Shown: positions 1-11,413, numbered from the whole stretch's first letter. The stretch: DNA of 63,675 nucleotides, filler included, from Choristocarpus tenellus KU-1152 (GCA_964200185.2; 14 parts of 14 records of this genome joined end to end with filler, not necessarily neighbours in it); one strand, 5' to 3'. Translations and numbers: made by a program. Notes: generated from the letters alone by a model not told the origin.

Positions 1-299
1 CTATCTCAACTTTGTACGGAGGGTGGTGCAGGAGCTACGGTTATTCATTCCCCTCCCCCCCTCTTTATATTGGTGTACTCTTCTTTATCTCCATATTTTC
101 CAATATGATGCTCTCGCTCAGTCCCTTTCTTCTAACTATCGCATCTCGTTTTTAATCATCATATCGCCGACTACACATCTACTCCCAATACCCAATTCTT
201 ACTTTCGTGGCATTCACTCCACCTCAAACCTCCACCTACCACGTGTCCTCATCCAGTACTCTGAAAATATCTCTACTTAATTTCATGGCGGTCTCCACC

Positions 300-1000
300 T
301 AAAATCCCCACCTACCACGTGCCGTCATTCAGTATTTGTATCTATGCTGCATGAAATCCATGACTACTCATAGTGATATAACCATTGATTCACAGGGTGC
401 CTATGCCTAATAAACGTCCCATTACTAGACTCGTACCTTTCACTCGTGACCCCTGCACGGGGTGGTCCCCTCGACATCATCCTATGATGCGCCCACGCTG
501 TTCGATTTTTCTTGCCATACGGGTTTGGCCTAATGATATAGGCAGCGAAAAACAACTCATGCACTCGATCACTGATCAATATAGACCTGATATCTGCCCC
601 AGCTCTACGTTTCAAGCAATATCTAAACTGCGCTTTCTCTACAAGATTGTCGCAGGTACACTACTCCTACCCTGACCCATTACCTTTTCTCTTTTTATTG
701 TGAACTCCATGGGATAACCATGTTTGTGACATAAACAGCGCACTCTACTACTCGTCCTCATCTACCCTTTACACTGTAATCTGGCAGGACCCTCAACCAT
801 TTTCCGTCCTGCTGTGTGTACCAATCTACAGTATTAACATGTACTCCCACCCCTGCCAAGACCACTACCATAGGAATTGCCCCGATTCATCATTTACGCG
901 TCTATTCTGTTTCACCCCGCCATAACATCGATAACATCATCGTGGTCAGTCCTTCGTTATTTCTTCTTCTATGGATTTCCCTGGATACCCCTTGCATTGT
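300..1000 (+). pseudogene. Highly decayed Ty1/copia reverse-transcriptase-like fragment
   Basis: Residual peptides (RVPMPNKRPIT..., QYRPDI...TFQAISKLRFL) loosely resemble the copia RT N-terminus. Many stops and frameshifts; boundaries approximate. Confidence 0.3.
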
Positions 1001-1229
1001 GTCTGAATCTCCCACTTAACTACACATGTCCCATTCCTACCATACACTTATCTACGATGTTTTTCATTGTCACAGTCATCATCCCTCTTGCCTTGTGGAC
1101 TTTTCCCTACCAATTGCATTTCTTGTTCTCAAGCATCCCCGCCTTTTCCACAAGGCCTTTCTTTCTTTCAACTGTAGGAAGGATTGCTTGGGTTCTGCCT
1201 TGATCCATTCCGACGAAAGCTTGCTCGGA

Positions 1230-2470
1230 GGTTATCTTGTTCTAGCCCCTCCTCGCCTTGTACCACCAGCCCTCAGTTTCCTTTACATACTGACTGTTGA
1301 AACCTGATCCTTGGACTTCAGGGACTGCCATGCTAACCAGCCATCGGTAATGTGAGTTTCGTCCCGCTGCTGGAGTCCGTCAAGGTCTTTCGAATGTCAA
1401 CGGCAGGTAGCAAGGAGGATGCCGAACGGCTGGTCTCTATCTTCTTCGTATGCAGTGGGGGGTGGAGTGGTAGTGTTGGAAGGACGGGAAGTGCGCTGGA
1501 TAAATGCTGGATAAAAATCGATGGTCCTCAGAAGCCACACAGCTCCAGGTGCTCGCAACATAGAGTGTGGACGCGGTTCAAGGGAAGGCATTGCCAGGAG
1601 AAATTGTGCAATATAGGACAATAGTGAGGTGTACCTTATTTTGTGTATATGATATTATTGTGTTGAAATTAAGTCCATGTGATGTAACTAATGAGAGAGT
1701 ACATCTGGATTATGTATGGGATTATGTATGGGTATTTATTCCGCTTTCAACTACTTTGACATAACCGTTGACTTAGGTAGGAAGCACAAATAATGATAAA
1801 CAACCAATGAGAAGACACCCCACAAAGGTCACTCTTCTAATTTCAACCATGTAATCACGTTCAGCAAAGGGGGTCGTGTGAGGCTTCAACACCTTCTTGT
1901 CTTCACTACTAATAAATAGCATTACCTCCAAAGGTAAATTTGCACAGAAATTGTGTTAGCTGATATTCCATGGCGGTATAGTGGGGTTATCTAGTGTGGT
2001 GAGGTTGGAGATAGTACGAGACAAGGTCGGGTGAATGTGTTGTATGTGTCGATCAAGTGTTGAGGCTCATAACCTATTGAAACCTGATTTCGTCTGAGTT
2101 GTGTGTTGTTGTGATGTGTCTGGTTTGTGCCAAAGGAGGTCATAGCGCAACAAAGCACTGATGAATTTGTTCTGGTAGGTCTGATGACATGTTGCATTCA
2201 GTCAGACAGTGTTCGATGTGAAGGTATTTTTTTTGTTGTGCTATGATTAACACAGTTAGAGGCAAGTGTGTGTCATAGTACAACAAGGCACCTACAGGTT
2301 CGGTTTGATGTGTCTGAAGGGATGTCTTACTCAATCAGACTTTGGTTGAAGTGAGATTGGTACTGCTACGTCTCTGGCATATATTACTCAAGCAGACGGT
2401 AATTGATAGAAACTGTGTGGTCATTCATTGAATAAAATCGCATCCCGGTGTGTGTCTTATACGTGTTGCA
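1230..2470 (-). mobile_element. Decayed copia element 5' part (putative 5' LTR ~2075-2470, PBS, gag remnant)
   Basis: GGCTCATAACC at 2064-2074 is the minus-strand PBS GGTTATGAGCC, identical to the PBS of the copia at 11075-11085. Outer boundaries approximate. Confidence 0.5.
1605..1946 (+). mobile_element. Solo LTR (copia; same family as the LTRs at 8814-9079 and 11086-11413)
   Basis: TGTGCAA...TTGCACA termini, perfect 5-bp TSD GAAAT (1600-1604 and 1947-1951), and reverse-complement similarity to the other two LTRs. Confidence 0.92.
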
Positions 2471-4192
2471 GAGTGATGGATGGGTTACGATGGGGCAATG
2501 CCAGTCAAATAAAAACAATAATCAACAAATGTTATGCAACTGATAACTTGCGTGAAAAAGAAGTAACACAGGAAGAAAAACGAAGCCAAGGTAGGATCCG
2601 TATCTAACGTAACTACTGTCATCATACATCTTCTGAATGAGTTGTGATGTTGAGCTAATGAGCTAATGATGTAATTGGGAATAGCGACCATTGTAATGGA
2701 CAAATCGATGTTTAGTATGGACTGACGATGCTGTCTCCTATCAAGGCAAATCGAATGAGTAGCCTATGTTTCAACACTGACAATTCCTTCCTAACTAGCG
2801 CCTCCACCTACCAACCACTTCTTTAACTTCTCTCCTGTCTCTTCTGCCTCCTAATCACTCAGTACTTAACTCTTCATTCACCCCTTGCCTACTTTTTCTT
2901 TTTCCTTCCTCGCCTCCTTTCCCTGTACCACATTGCCACCAGAATTCTTCCGCCTTCAAAACTCAGATCACTTCACAACCTTTCGCATTATGTATCTTAT
3001 ACCTGTAAAAAGGTTCGGTTAGGATGATGAGATTCCACTATACCTATCTACTACTCTGTACAAGCCCACAGGAACAAACTAAACGAACGAACAACAACGA
3101 GGAAACACAAAACAGTGTTGAGCTCGGCTCTAGTTGACCGATATTGTGCAATGATGGCGAAGAAGTAGGAATTCCAAAGACGATGATGAGGTCTCAGGAG
3201 AAGAGGTATGAGTTGTAGCATCAGCGGGAGGGTCGAAGGCTCCACTCACAAAAAATACCAACTCGAAGTCTTGTTTTGCTTTTTCCGTAAACAATTTGCA
3301 GGTTCTGGCGTGAAGTACACACTCATCTGAGATAGAATCCCAGCCTGACAGAGAAAGGCAGAATAAGACCTACCTGTTAGAGCCAATGTTCTAACACTAC
3401 CAAACAAAGAAGTGTAGAGTCTGATTAATACATAATCCATCAATACAATATATCATGGGCTTGACCTTAGGCCTTCACTGAATTTATAGATACACAATAT
3501 ATATTATTGGTATAAATTGTGAAAAAGGTGCCAACTGACAGATATGTTAATCAGCCTGAAGGGGAGGGGGAAGACCCGCAGGAGGAATGGGAGGGAGGGA
3601 GACAAGGCAAGAGGGTAAGCAGACCTCAGAAGGCCACTCAGGAATGGAGTGACAAAGGAAGTGAACGAGTGGGGTCACTCAACACCTCCCATTGACTTTG
3701 TTAGGGCAGGAATGGTGATGTCATATGAGGCAATAGACTCCGAGGTACACCATAGTATGAAGGTGCCTATCATTACAAACTACCAATGATGTTACGAGGT
3801 CCAATCAGTCACGGGGGGTGTTCAGAATCACCAGTTGTGACACAGTGGAGTGTCTTCAGCAAACCCAAAGCTCTCTCAGCCATCAAATCTTGGGCGAAAT
3901 TTGAATGGAACCTCAGATCCGATTGGTGACGTCACATCTTTGTGACTGTCCACGGCAAGTGGTCTGAGAATTCTTACGACTTCTCTGTGTTTGATATTGA
4001 TGGGGACACCACCAATGACAAAGGAATGTGCGCGCAATGCACTTATGCATGCGCGCAGATGTTAATTGGACTGAGATCAGCTCCCAACAGGACTTGTTTG
4101 TCACATTCCCCCTCCCCCAGTGTGGGCTCTGTCTGCATACGAGAGAAAAAAAAAAGGCTAGCCAGTACATTACGGCAGACAGTCCCCTAGGA

Positions 4193-4402
4193 GTAAAGAA
4201 AAAACAATCATCTGGGGTATCCCAAGAATGTTCATTCAGCCAATTTGGAGAAGTTCCTTGAAAGGTTGTCCTCAACAGGGTTGGAACCCCAAAGTTGTTC
4301 ATAGTGAAACTATGGTAAAAAGAAAAATCCACGAATCATCTGGGTATCCCATAAATTATTATGTAGCTAATTTGGAGGAGTTCCTTGGAAGGTTGTCCTC
4401 AA
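4193..4402. repeat. Degenerate direct duplication (~80-bp core, ~128-bp period)
   Basis: AATCATCTGGG(G)TATCCCA...AATTTGGAGRAGTTCCTTGRAAGGTTGTCCTCAA occurs at ~4206-4275 and ~4334-4402. Confidence 0.75.
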
Positions 4403-4471
4403 GACTCAAAGTATCTGGGAGGGGGTGGCGGCTGTCCATTTGGGGTCAATTTTTTCATGTCGCAATTTTTG
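4403..4471. mobile_element. Sola-like MITE family A end, truncated by linker
   Basis: GACTCAAAGTATCTGGGAGGGGGTGGCGGCTGTCCATTTGGGGTCAA matches the terminus of the complete copies at 31108 and 35095-35273. Confidence 0.85.
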
Positions 4472-4571
4472 NNNNNNNNNNNNNNNNNNNNNNNNNNNNN
4501 NNNNNNNNNNNNNNNTTAATTAATTAANNNNNNNNNNNNNNNNNNNNNNNNNNNNNNNNNNNNNNNNNNNN
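4472..4571. other. Artificial contig linker (first of 13: also 8321, 12051, 18961, 23774, 30220, 33141, 36545, 41518, 45364, 48561, 51913, 57743)
   Basis: Identical 100-nt N44-TTAATTAATTAA-N44 blocks; the 12-mer places stop codons in all six frames. Confidence 0.97.
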
Positions 4572-5166
4572 TCCTCTCTTTGCCGTTGGTCAATCATTCA
4601 TTTGCCAACGTGTGCCCCCCCCCGCCGCTCCGCCCCCCGTCCCAATCCTCTTCTTACTCATCTTCATCATCCCCTTCAACCTCCTCTTCATCCTCCTCTT
4701 CTTCCTCCTCGTCCTCCTCCGCGTCGCTGACATACTCCGGCTCATCTTCCGGCGCAGAATCACCGGCGCCCCTCCGCACCTTGCGCCCCATTCCTCCTTC
4801 TGCCGCGAGCATAGATCCGCCTCCAGGCCCCAACTTAATGACAGGTATACGGTCACCAACGAAGTGCTTGCGATCGCGGCGGCTCTCACACGCCCGGATG
4901 ATGTCCTGCTCTTTGGCCAACGTGCGGGCAAGGAAGGACTCACTATCTGCAGCAAACTTCTTCACATAGGCTAAGCACTTGCGGCAGTCACCCTGTTCGT
5001 TGACCGGGATGGGTTGAGCCCATCCTCGGCGAAGCTTGGCGCCGGTCGGTGAAGTGTCATTGGTAGAAAGCTCCAGTGCATCATTGTTGGCAGGCTGATG
5101 AAGGGGCAACGCAGGGAGTGACGCATGCGACAAAAGCCACCCCCTTGCTGTGGGAGCAACTGTCAT
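4572..5166 (-). pseudogene. Unknown protein with CxxC motif and long acidic (D/E) tract, divergent from the ParB-like gene; probably TE-encoded
   Basis: ACCATG start at 5166; ...GDCRKCLAYVKKF...EDEEEEEEDEEEVEGDDEDE; stop at 4654 lies within the acidic tract, which resumes after it; truncated by linker. Confidence 0.5.
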
Positions 5167-5215
5167 GGTGTTTTTGGGCAACACGCGATCTTGGGCAGTG
5201 AGAAGGTCTAGGAGT

Positions 5216-6020
5216 GAATTGAATTCGAAGCCGGACGTACGATGTTTGAGTTTGAAGAGACCTGTCGGACCAAAACTAAACCCGTGTTCTGGAAAAAGCA
5301 TTTATTCTCCCTGTGATGAAATAAAAACTAGATTCTAATCTGGTCTCAGGCAACAGTCGGTCTTGGCACAATAGAATTGAATTCGAAGCCGGGCGTATGA
5401 ACGATGTTTGAGTTTCAGGCGATCTATCGGACCACCATGAGATCCATGATCCGGAAAATACGTGCATTATGGTTTTTAGAAATTGTAAATCCGATTATAT
5501 TCGTACTTTCAATTTTTAAAAATACAAAGCACATACCTAATTGATCTTGTACGTTTCCAATGTTCCGAAACTAAAAGGTCACAAAAAACTGATACCCTCT
5601 AATTGTTTTAAATACAAAAATATTAATTGTTCGACATTTATATTTTTCTTAATACAAATGTCAACAAAAAGCGAACTTTGAGTTTCGGGCGATCCGTCGG
5701 AACACCCGAAATCCATGAACCGCAAAATACGGGAATTATGGTTTTTATTAAAAAAAAATGATATTCTATTCTTAATATCAACAATACAAATACAAACCAC
5801 ATACTTCGTTGATCTAATACGTTTGAAATGTTCCGAAATGAAAAGGTCACAAAAAACTGATACTCTCTACATCTGCAAAATGTCAGAGGGCATAATAATA
5901 AAAATACTCTCTATCTGTCTTAAATATGAAATCGTACACTGTTCGATATTCATATTTATTAGAACACAATTGTCAATGGAAAGAGAAATCTGAGTTCTTT
6001 GGGCACTGACCGACCAGATG
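5216..6020. repeat. Tandem degenerate array (~270-bp units) with palindromic core
   Basis: TTTGAGTTT-like core recurs at ~5246, ~5407, ~5677 and ~5989. TGTTCCGAAA..AAAAGGTCACAAAAAACTGATAC.CTCTA recurs at ~5561 and ~5829. Palindrome at 5683-5711 has 12/14 pairs. Confidence 0.85.
5870..5903 (+). mobile_element. 34-bp 5'-truncated LINE/SINE 3' end
   Basis: CATCTGCAAAATGTCAGAGGGCATAATAATAAAA flanked by 10-bp TSD ATACTCTCTA (5860-5869 and 5904-5913). The same end occurs at ~36339-36372, and removing it restores the tandem-unit alignment. Confidence 0.85.
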
Positions 6021-6132
6021 AAATATAGCAACACCTCCCAGCCCTCAGTCCTCATTTCTATTCCTTCCCTTCCGCACATACCACCAGCAGCTCTTTCTTA
6101 TCTATCCCCGTCACACCTTCCGAATCTTCGCC

Positions 6133-7585
6133 ATGTCCAACATTCGCTCAACAACGACCCCCCTGTGCGCCGATGGTGCTGCCCACGGATCGAGAGCGTC
6201 GGACAGCAATGCCAAGGGCATGTCCTTGCTCCTCAAACAGCACTACCTCGGCATGTACAAGATGAAACTCGACAACATCACGTGCACAGAAATGGTGCGT
6301 CCCCTGAGCGAGCGTGGCCTTGCGCACGTCAGCAAGTCTATCCGTGAAAAGGCTGGCTCAAGCACTTTGCCCCGTCCATCGTTATCCAACAAGACTGCTT
6401 AGGCAACGGGGACCAGCTCACTGCCGACACTGCGCTTGCCATTCAAGGACGAACACTGGATGGAAACCATAGAATAACTGTGTTGAAGAGAGAGTTTGAT
6501 CACAAACATGGTTTCATGATGCGGGTCTACATGGAGTTCAACCAAGCAGAATAGAGGCTAATTGCCAACGGTGAGCGATGGAGTGTTGTCGTTGTTCCAT
6601 GATCGCCTGATGACTCTTCTGATCTACCAAGTTGTTGCCGTGTTTCCTTTGTTTGGTTCATCGTCAGTCAGCCTGTTGTTGATCTTTTCGTTGTTGATCT
6701 TCTTTATCTGTCGTGATCTTCCTGTCAGCAGCAACATGTTGCTCACTACTGCCTGCCGCATGTGTCCCGTGACCACTTCCCACCTACCCCTTTCCCCGTT
6801 CGCCCAATGCACCGCCACGCTTATAGCATTCAACGACGCAACTGAGAGGGTGGTTGAGTGCATGCTGTATGATAAGGTATATTTTCAGCACGAGCTCAAA
6901 AAAGCTATCAAGCGCCAGACGAAGAAGAAAGAAGTGTCACTAGCAGAGATCCGCAAAATGTACAAAAAGGTGAGGGAGTTGTCAACATTGGTGGGATGGT
7001 GGCGCTCTACTCCTCCTCTTGTTGGGTTACAGCTGTTGTGAAGGTCTCTCTGTGTCCTCCTATTCAACCTAAGTTCAGGTAGTTATCCCACGTTTAGCAA
7101 CCCTGTCAACCAAATGCTTGATGTTCGGGTGACCATGTAGTATGTGTGTGTGCAAAATCACAGACGAAGTGAACAGTTTTTTCTTTCAGCACTAGGTAGG
7201 CCAGGCTCACGGCAGAAGGAGAGGAGAGGGGGGGGAAGAATGGGACGAAAAGGAGGACAACACCGACAACGACAAGGAGGATGAGGAGGAGGATGAAGAA
7301 GAGGAGGAGGAGGAGCAGAAGGATGACGAGGACGACGAAGATGATGAAGAGAAGGAGAACCTCGATGCAGGGGAGGGGAGGTGGGCGTCTGCCGGTGCAG
7401 GTGCATGCACGGGGGTGCCCTTGCAAATGGCCGTGGAAGGACCAGTCCTTGAAGCGGATACAGGGCGAAGCAGTATGGCGGCACGGAAGAGACCTTTGGC
7501 TCCAATGCAAACGCTGGAGCCTAACACACGGGGTAGGTATACCACTGCACACTTTCGGCCCCGTCGCAGTGCTAGAGAAATGTAG
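6133..7585 (+). pseudogene. Intron-containing ParB/Sulfiredoxin-fold (ParB-N-like) protein with acidic C-terminal tract; one frameshift and one nonsense codon
   Basis: Reconstructed: ...KLDNITCTEMVRPLSERGLAHVSKSIRE[fs ~6347]KGWLKHFAPSIVI...RTLDGNHRITVLKRE (DGNHR 6459-6473)...QAE*RLIAN | GT-AG intron 6571-6826, phase 1 | AFNDATERVVECMLYDKVYFQHELKKAIK...YKK | GT at 6970. Downstream exon structure is uncertain. Confidence 0.72.
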
Positions 7586-8420
7586 AGACGCCGGATTAGC
7601 AAGCATGTGGCAGATATTCGTGTAAGTAAAGTATACCTCGTAGGCCTCTTGGAGAATGAGCAATGTGTATTGAGAGCCGAGTACACATATTTGTTGTGGC
7701 GGATAGTAACAACTGCCGGGGGTGATGGCGGCGACATTTGTTAGTTTAATCCATGACAATGTTTTCAGAGCGTTCCAAGCAGCATGTTGTTGTTGCGATA
7801 CATAGTGGAAGGGAGTCTTGGTTGCATGGCAGTCGTTGTCCTTTGTTTCCACATGATTTTGAGCCTCCTTCAATACGGGTTGGTCGTTCATAAAATATGT
7901 TATGTACAAACGAATTATGGATGCAAAAGTATGCATTCAATTGCCAAAACATCTGATGCTAGTAGCATTTTGAAGTGTTAGCTGCCAGTACTTATGAGCA
8001 GTGTTGTCGTGTTGTCGTAGCCGCGCAGTCTCCCAAGACACCATACATCGATGTTATTTCTTTTATTTTGTGTGATCTTTCATCATTTATCTCCCCGACA
8101 CACTCAGCGGCTTGTTGTACTTAAAAAAGCGACTGCATGTGCGTGGCAAGGGGGGAACGAAAGGTGGAGGAGCTTAAAGTACCCGACTATGCGGTGGTGG
8201 AGGATATATACATACATACATACGTTAAAGACAAGTCAGCATGCTAAGCGTGCCGGCGAACAAGAAACTCTTACTGTTGTCTGTTGTGTCCTGTTTATTG
8301 TATACATATTTTTTTTAATTNNNNNNNNNNNNNNNNNNNNNNNNNNNNNNNNNNNNNNNNNNNNTTAATTAATTAANNNNNNNNNNNNNNNNNNNNNNNN
8401 NNNNNNNNNNNNNNNNNNNN

Positions 8421-8460
8421 CCAAATGGACGTAACTCTACCCTCTAAGATACTTTGACTC
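8421..8460. mobile_element. Sola-like MITE family B end, truncated by linker
   Basis: CTCTACCCTCTAAGATACTTTGACTC matches the termini of 56529-56806 and 33241-33469. Confidence 0.8.
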
Positions 8461-8488
8461 ACATTCAAATTCAGCAAGAAGCAAACCA

Positions 8489-8813
8489 CTAAACATAGTC
8501 AAAATTTAGCAAAGCCCCTGCATGCCTCCACACAGATACTTCTGCTAAAGGTTTGGTCAACACATCTGCATACTGCTCATCTGAGGTAACATGAACAATC
8601 CCTATTTGTCCATTGGCTACCAAGTCCCTTAGGAAATGATATCGCACATCTATATGCGTAGTTCTTCCAGAACTCAAAGGGTTGTTAGCCAAATGGATGG
8701 CTCCTGTGTTGTCCTCATACACTACATAACACGACCCAGTCCTATCAGGTTGCAAGAACTCCAAAACACCTCGCAAAAACAACAATTCCTTCACACAGCC
8801 CCTCACTGCTATG
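8489..8813 (-). pseudogene. Copia RNase H C-terminal part (host element split by nested insertion)
   Basis: VKELLFLR...YEDNTGAIHLANNP...HIDVRYHFLRD...ADVLTK. Confidence 0.92.
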
Positions 8814-11413
8814 TGTGCAATTTACCTTGGGTTGTTATGCTATTTATCAGTAGTGAAGACAAGAGAGTGTGAAGCCTCACACGATCCCCTTTGCTGAACG
8901 TGGAAATAATGGATGGAATTAGAAGAGTGGCCTCAGTGGGGTGTCTTCTTATTGCTTGTTTTATTATTATTTTGTACTTCCTACATAAGTCAACGGTTAT
9001 ATCAAAGTAGTTGAATGCTGAATAAAAACTTATACATAATCCCATTCATAATCTGGATGTGATTGTCCAATTTTACACACTCCCCCATGAGAGTGCGGGG
9101 AATGAGGGGTTGCTAGAACTCTCAAACCTATAATATCTTATTCTGCACACTCCCCATGAGTTGCTTTATCGCCCTTGAGGCGATCCCGTTGTTGCTCTGT
9201 GGTGTTTCGGTGGAGATTTCCTCCATTGGGTACCGTTGTTTGCCAGTATCCTTTTGAACTTCACCGATCTCCCAAGCTCGCCAGCACCATCCCCACTGAT
9301 GCATTGGACTTTTATACCTTCCCTGGCCATCTGATCGATAAGGCAGTGGTTGTGTCCGTTGCTGCGTTTTTTGTTTTCAATCCATAAACCCTCTTGTCTC
9401 TGCTGCTCTCATCGACGAAAAACCTGATTTTTTTTTCTGACCAGTGATGTCTGCTTGAAATGGTCTCCCACCAAATCCGTGTGGACAACCTCGCCGGGGC
9501 TTGGGGGTCCTGCCACCCTGTTGATATTTTAAGGCCTCGGATTTGCATTCCTTGCAGGTCTCGAACCGCAGTTCTGACGCCAAAGTAGCGTCGGTGATCT
9601 CTGGAAGTCCACGTTTCTCGAGATGCTTGATTGCTGATGGGTTGATGTGACCCAATATATTGTGCCAGTCCCTCAATGTCAGCCTCTGCTTTTGGTTGGC
9701 TCGTGCAGCGCTGGCTCTCGATTCTTGTTCCGTGGTAATTATGGTTCCAGTTAAATATAGGAACCCCCCCGACTTTTGTTGGTTTATCTTGGGAGAATTC
9801 TTGGAGGTCCTCAGATAACTTTCCTTTGTTCCTGAATCCATGAATTCTCCTCCATTGCGTCCTATAACTTCCAGTACTCAATATGCGGCATGGTAGATCT
9901 GGTACCCATAGAACATCCTTAAGAACCGTTCTTGTTGGTTTGTCGTTCTTGTCCGTCACCATTAGAACCATATCCCCCGTCTCCTTCGCTTCCAACTTCC
10001 CATTGTTACCAAAGGTGCATGTCCGTTTGGTGGCCCGAGTGCTTATGAGATCTTCACGATCAGGTATAAGATGCACGTTTGCTCCGGAGTCACAAAATAT
10101 CTCGACTTGTCTTCCACTGGAGGAGTTGAATACCATACTTTTTTGTTGACCTCCTCGTCTGCTGTCACGTTGAAGTGGAGGAGCGCGCTTGGTTCCCGTC
10201 AACTCTGTTGCTGCTCTCACCAGGTGGAGGTGGTGGAAATGTTCTCACAGGCGTCATCCCAGGTGGACGAGTTGCAGGTGGCTTTCCATTCAAATGTGAG
10301 TAACACTTCTGCCATTGATAGTCAAGCAGTATGCACATTGGTTTGTTTTGGGACCGCTTCCAGCTGATCACCTAGTCTTCCGAGCATGACAGTTCCTTAC
10401 ATTGCCATGCATTGCCAATACCCCATCATGCCCATCTTGGACTGAGTGGAGGTACTTTGTCGAAGAGATGATTGCCCGTTTGAGCTCCTCGTAGCTGATG
10501 TCATGGCGTGTTGTTAATTGCGCGAACACATGTGGCATCGCTTCCTTGATCCCAAGCAGTATATATGCCCTCTTCATGTTTTCCGATTTTGGCTCCTTGA
10601 GCTCCTCGAATTCCGCAAATAGTCGCTCTAGTTTAACAGCAAAATCGGTGCCGTCCTGAGACGCCGCGCACCGTAGTTCTCGGAGTTTCGCCTCCAAAGT
10701 GATGACCTGCACGGGGATCTATTTCGTCCTCCGTGCGTCCTCTATAGACTCTTTCTATTTCCAACTGTCTGTTTGACCCCCGTTTTCGTAACGTGCAACG
10801 ATTACCGATGCTGATCCCTTTGTTGCTTGAATAAGCAGGAACCATAACGCCTTATTGTTCTTCATATACGTGGCATGTGCTATTTACACTGCCTCTCCCG
10901 AGGTGGTGGTGGGTGTTTCAGGAATCTCGTAGTCCCTCGTCAAAATCTAGTAAAAATCCTTTCCACCGGCGTGGCTTATCAATGACAGTCTCCAAGTGGA
11001 CCAGGTCTCCAATGACCTTCCTGTGGCCCCCGTCCAGACAGCAAGTTTCTTCCGGTCGGTCTCCATACCACTAAGGCTCATAACCTGTGCTATTTACCTT
11101 GGGAGGTAACGCTATCTATCAGTAGTGAAAAGACAAGAGGGTGTGAAGCCTCACACGATCCCCTTTGCTGAACGTGGAAATAATGGATGGAATTAGAAGA
11201 GTGACCTCTGTGGTGTGTATTCTATTGCTTGTTTTATTATAATAATAAATCAATGGTTATGTCAAAGTAGTTGAATGCTGAATAAAAACCCACACATAAT
11301 CCCATTCATAATCCGGATGTCCTATCTCGTTAGTTACATCGCATGGACTCAATCAAAATGATAATCTCTCATATACAAATAAGGTACACCTCATTCTTGT
11401 CCGATTTTGCATA
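8814..11413 (-). mobile_element. Internally deleted Ty1/copia LTR retrotransposon (gag, protease, GAG-pre-integrase, partial integrase; no RT/RNase H) nested in another copia
   Basis: 5' LTR 11086-11413, PBS GGTTATGAGCC 11075-11085, 3' LTR 8814-9079, PPT at 9080-9086. TSD CTATG/CTATA. Motifs CDSGANVHL, WHNILGHIN and CKECK. Excision restores the host frame STAEAEYIAVRGCVKE. Confidence 0.92.

Noticed and set aside
4516-4527. Recurrent TTAATTAATTAA as a biological repeat
   Set aside because: Always centred in identical N blocks; it is an artificial six-frame stop linker.
5216-6020. CRISPR-like array
   Set aside because: The units are homologous over their whole length (no unique spacers), the period is too long, and there are no cas genes.
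6459-6473. Sulfiredoxin or bacterial contaminant parB
   Set aside because: No catalytic Cys (DGNHR rather than GCHR); a spliceosomal-type intron and a LINE-tail insertion shared with other contigs place it in the eukaryotic genome.
7106-7936. Hydrophobic or Ser-rich minus-strand ORFs (also 4580-4974, 29410-30012, 45617-46426, 58249-58863)
   Set aside because: Antisense shadows of purine-rich or acidic coding tracts on the other strand.
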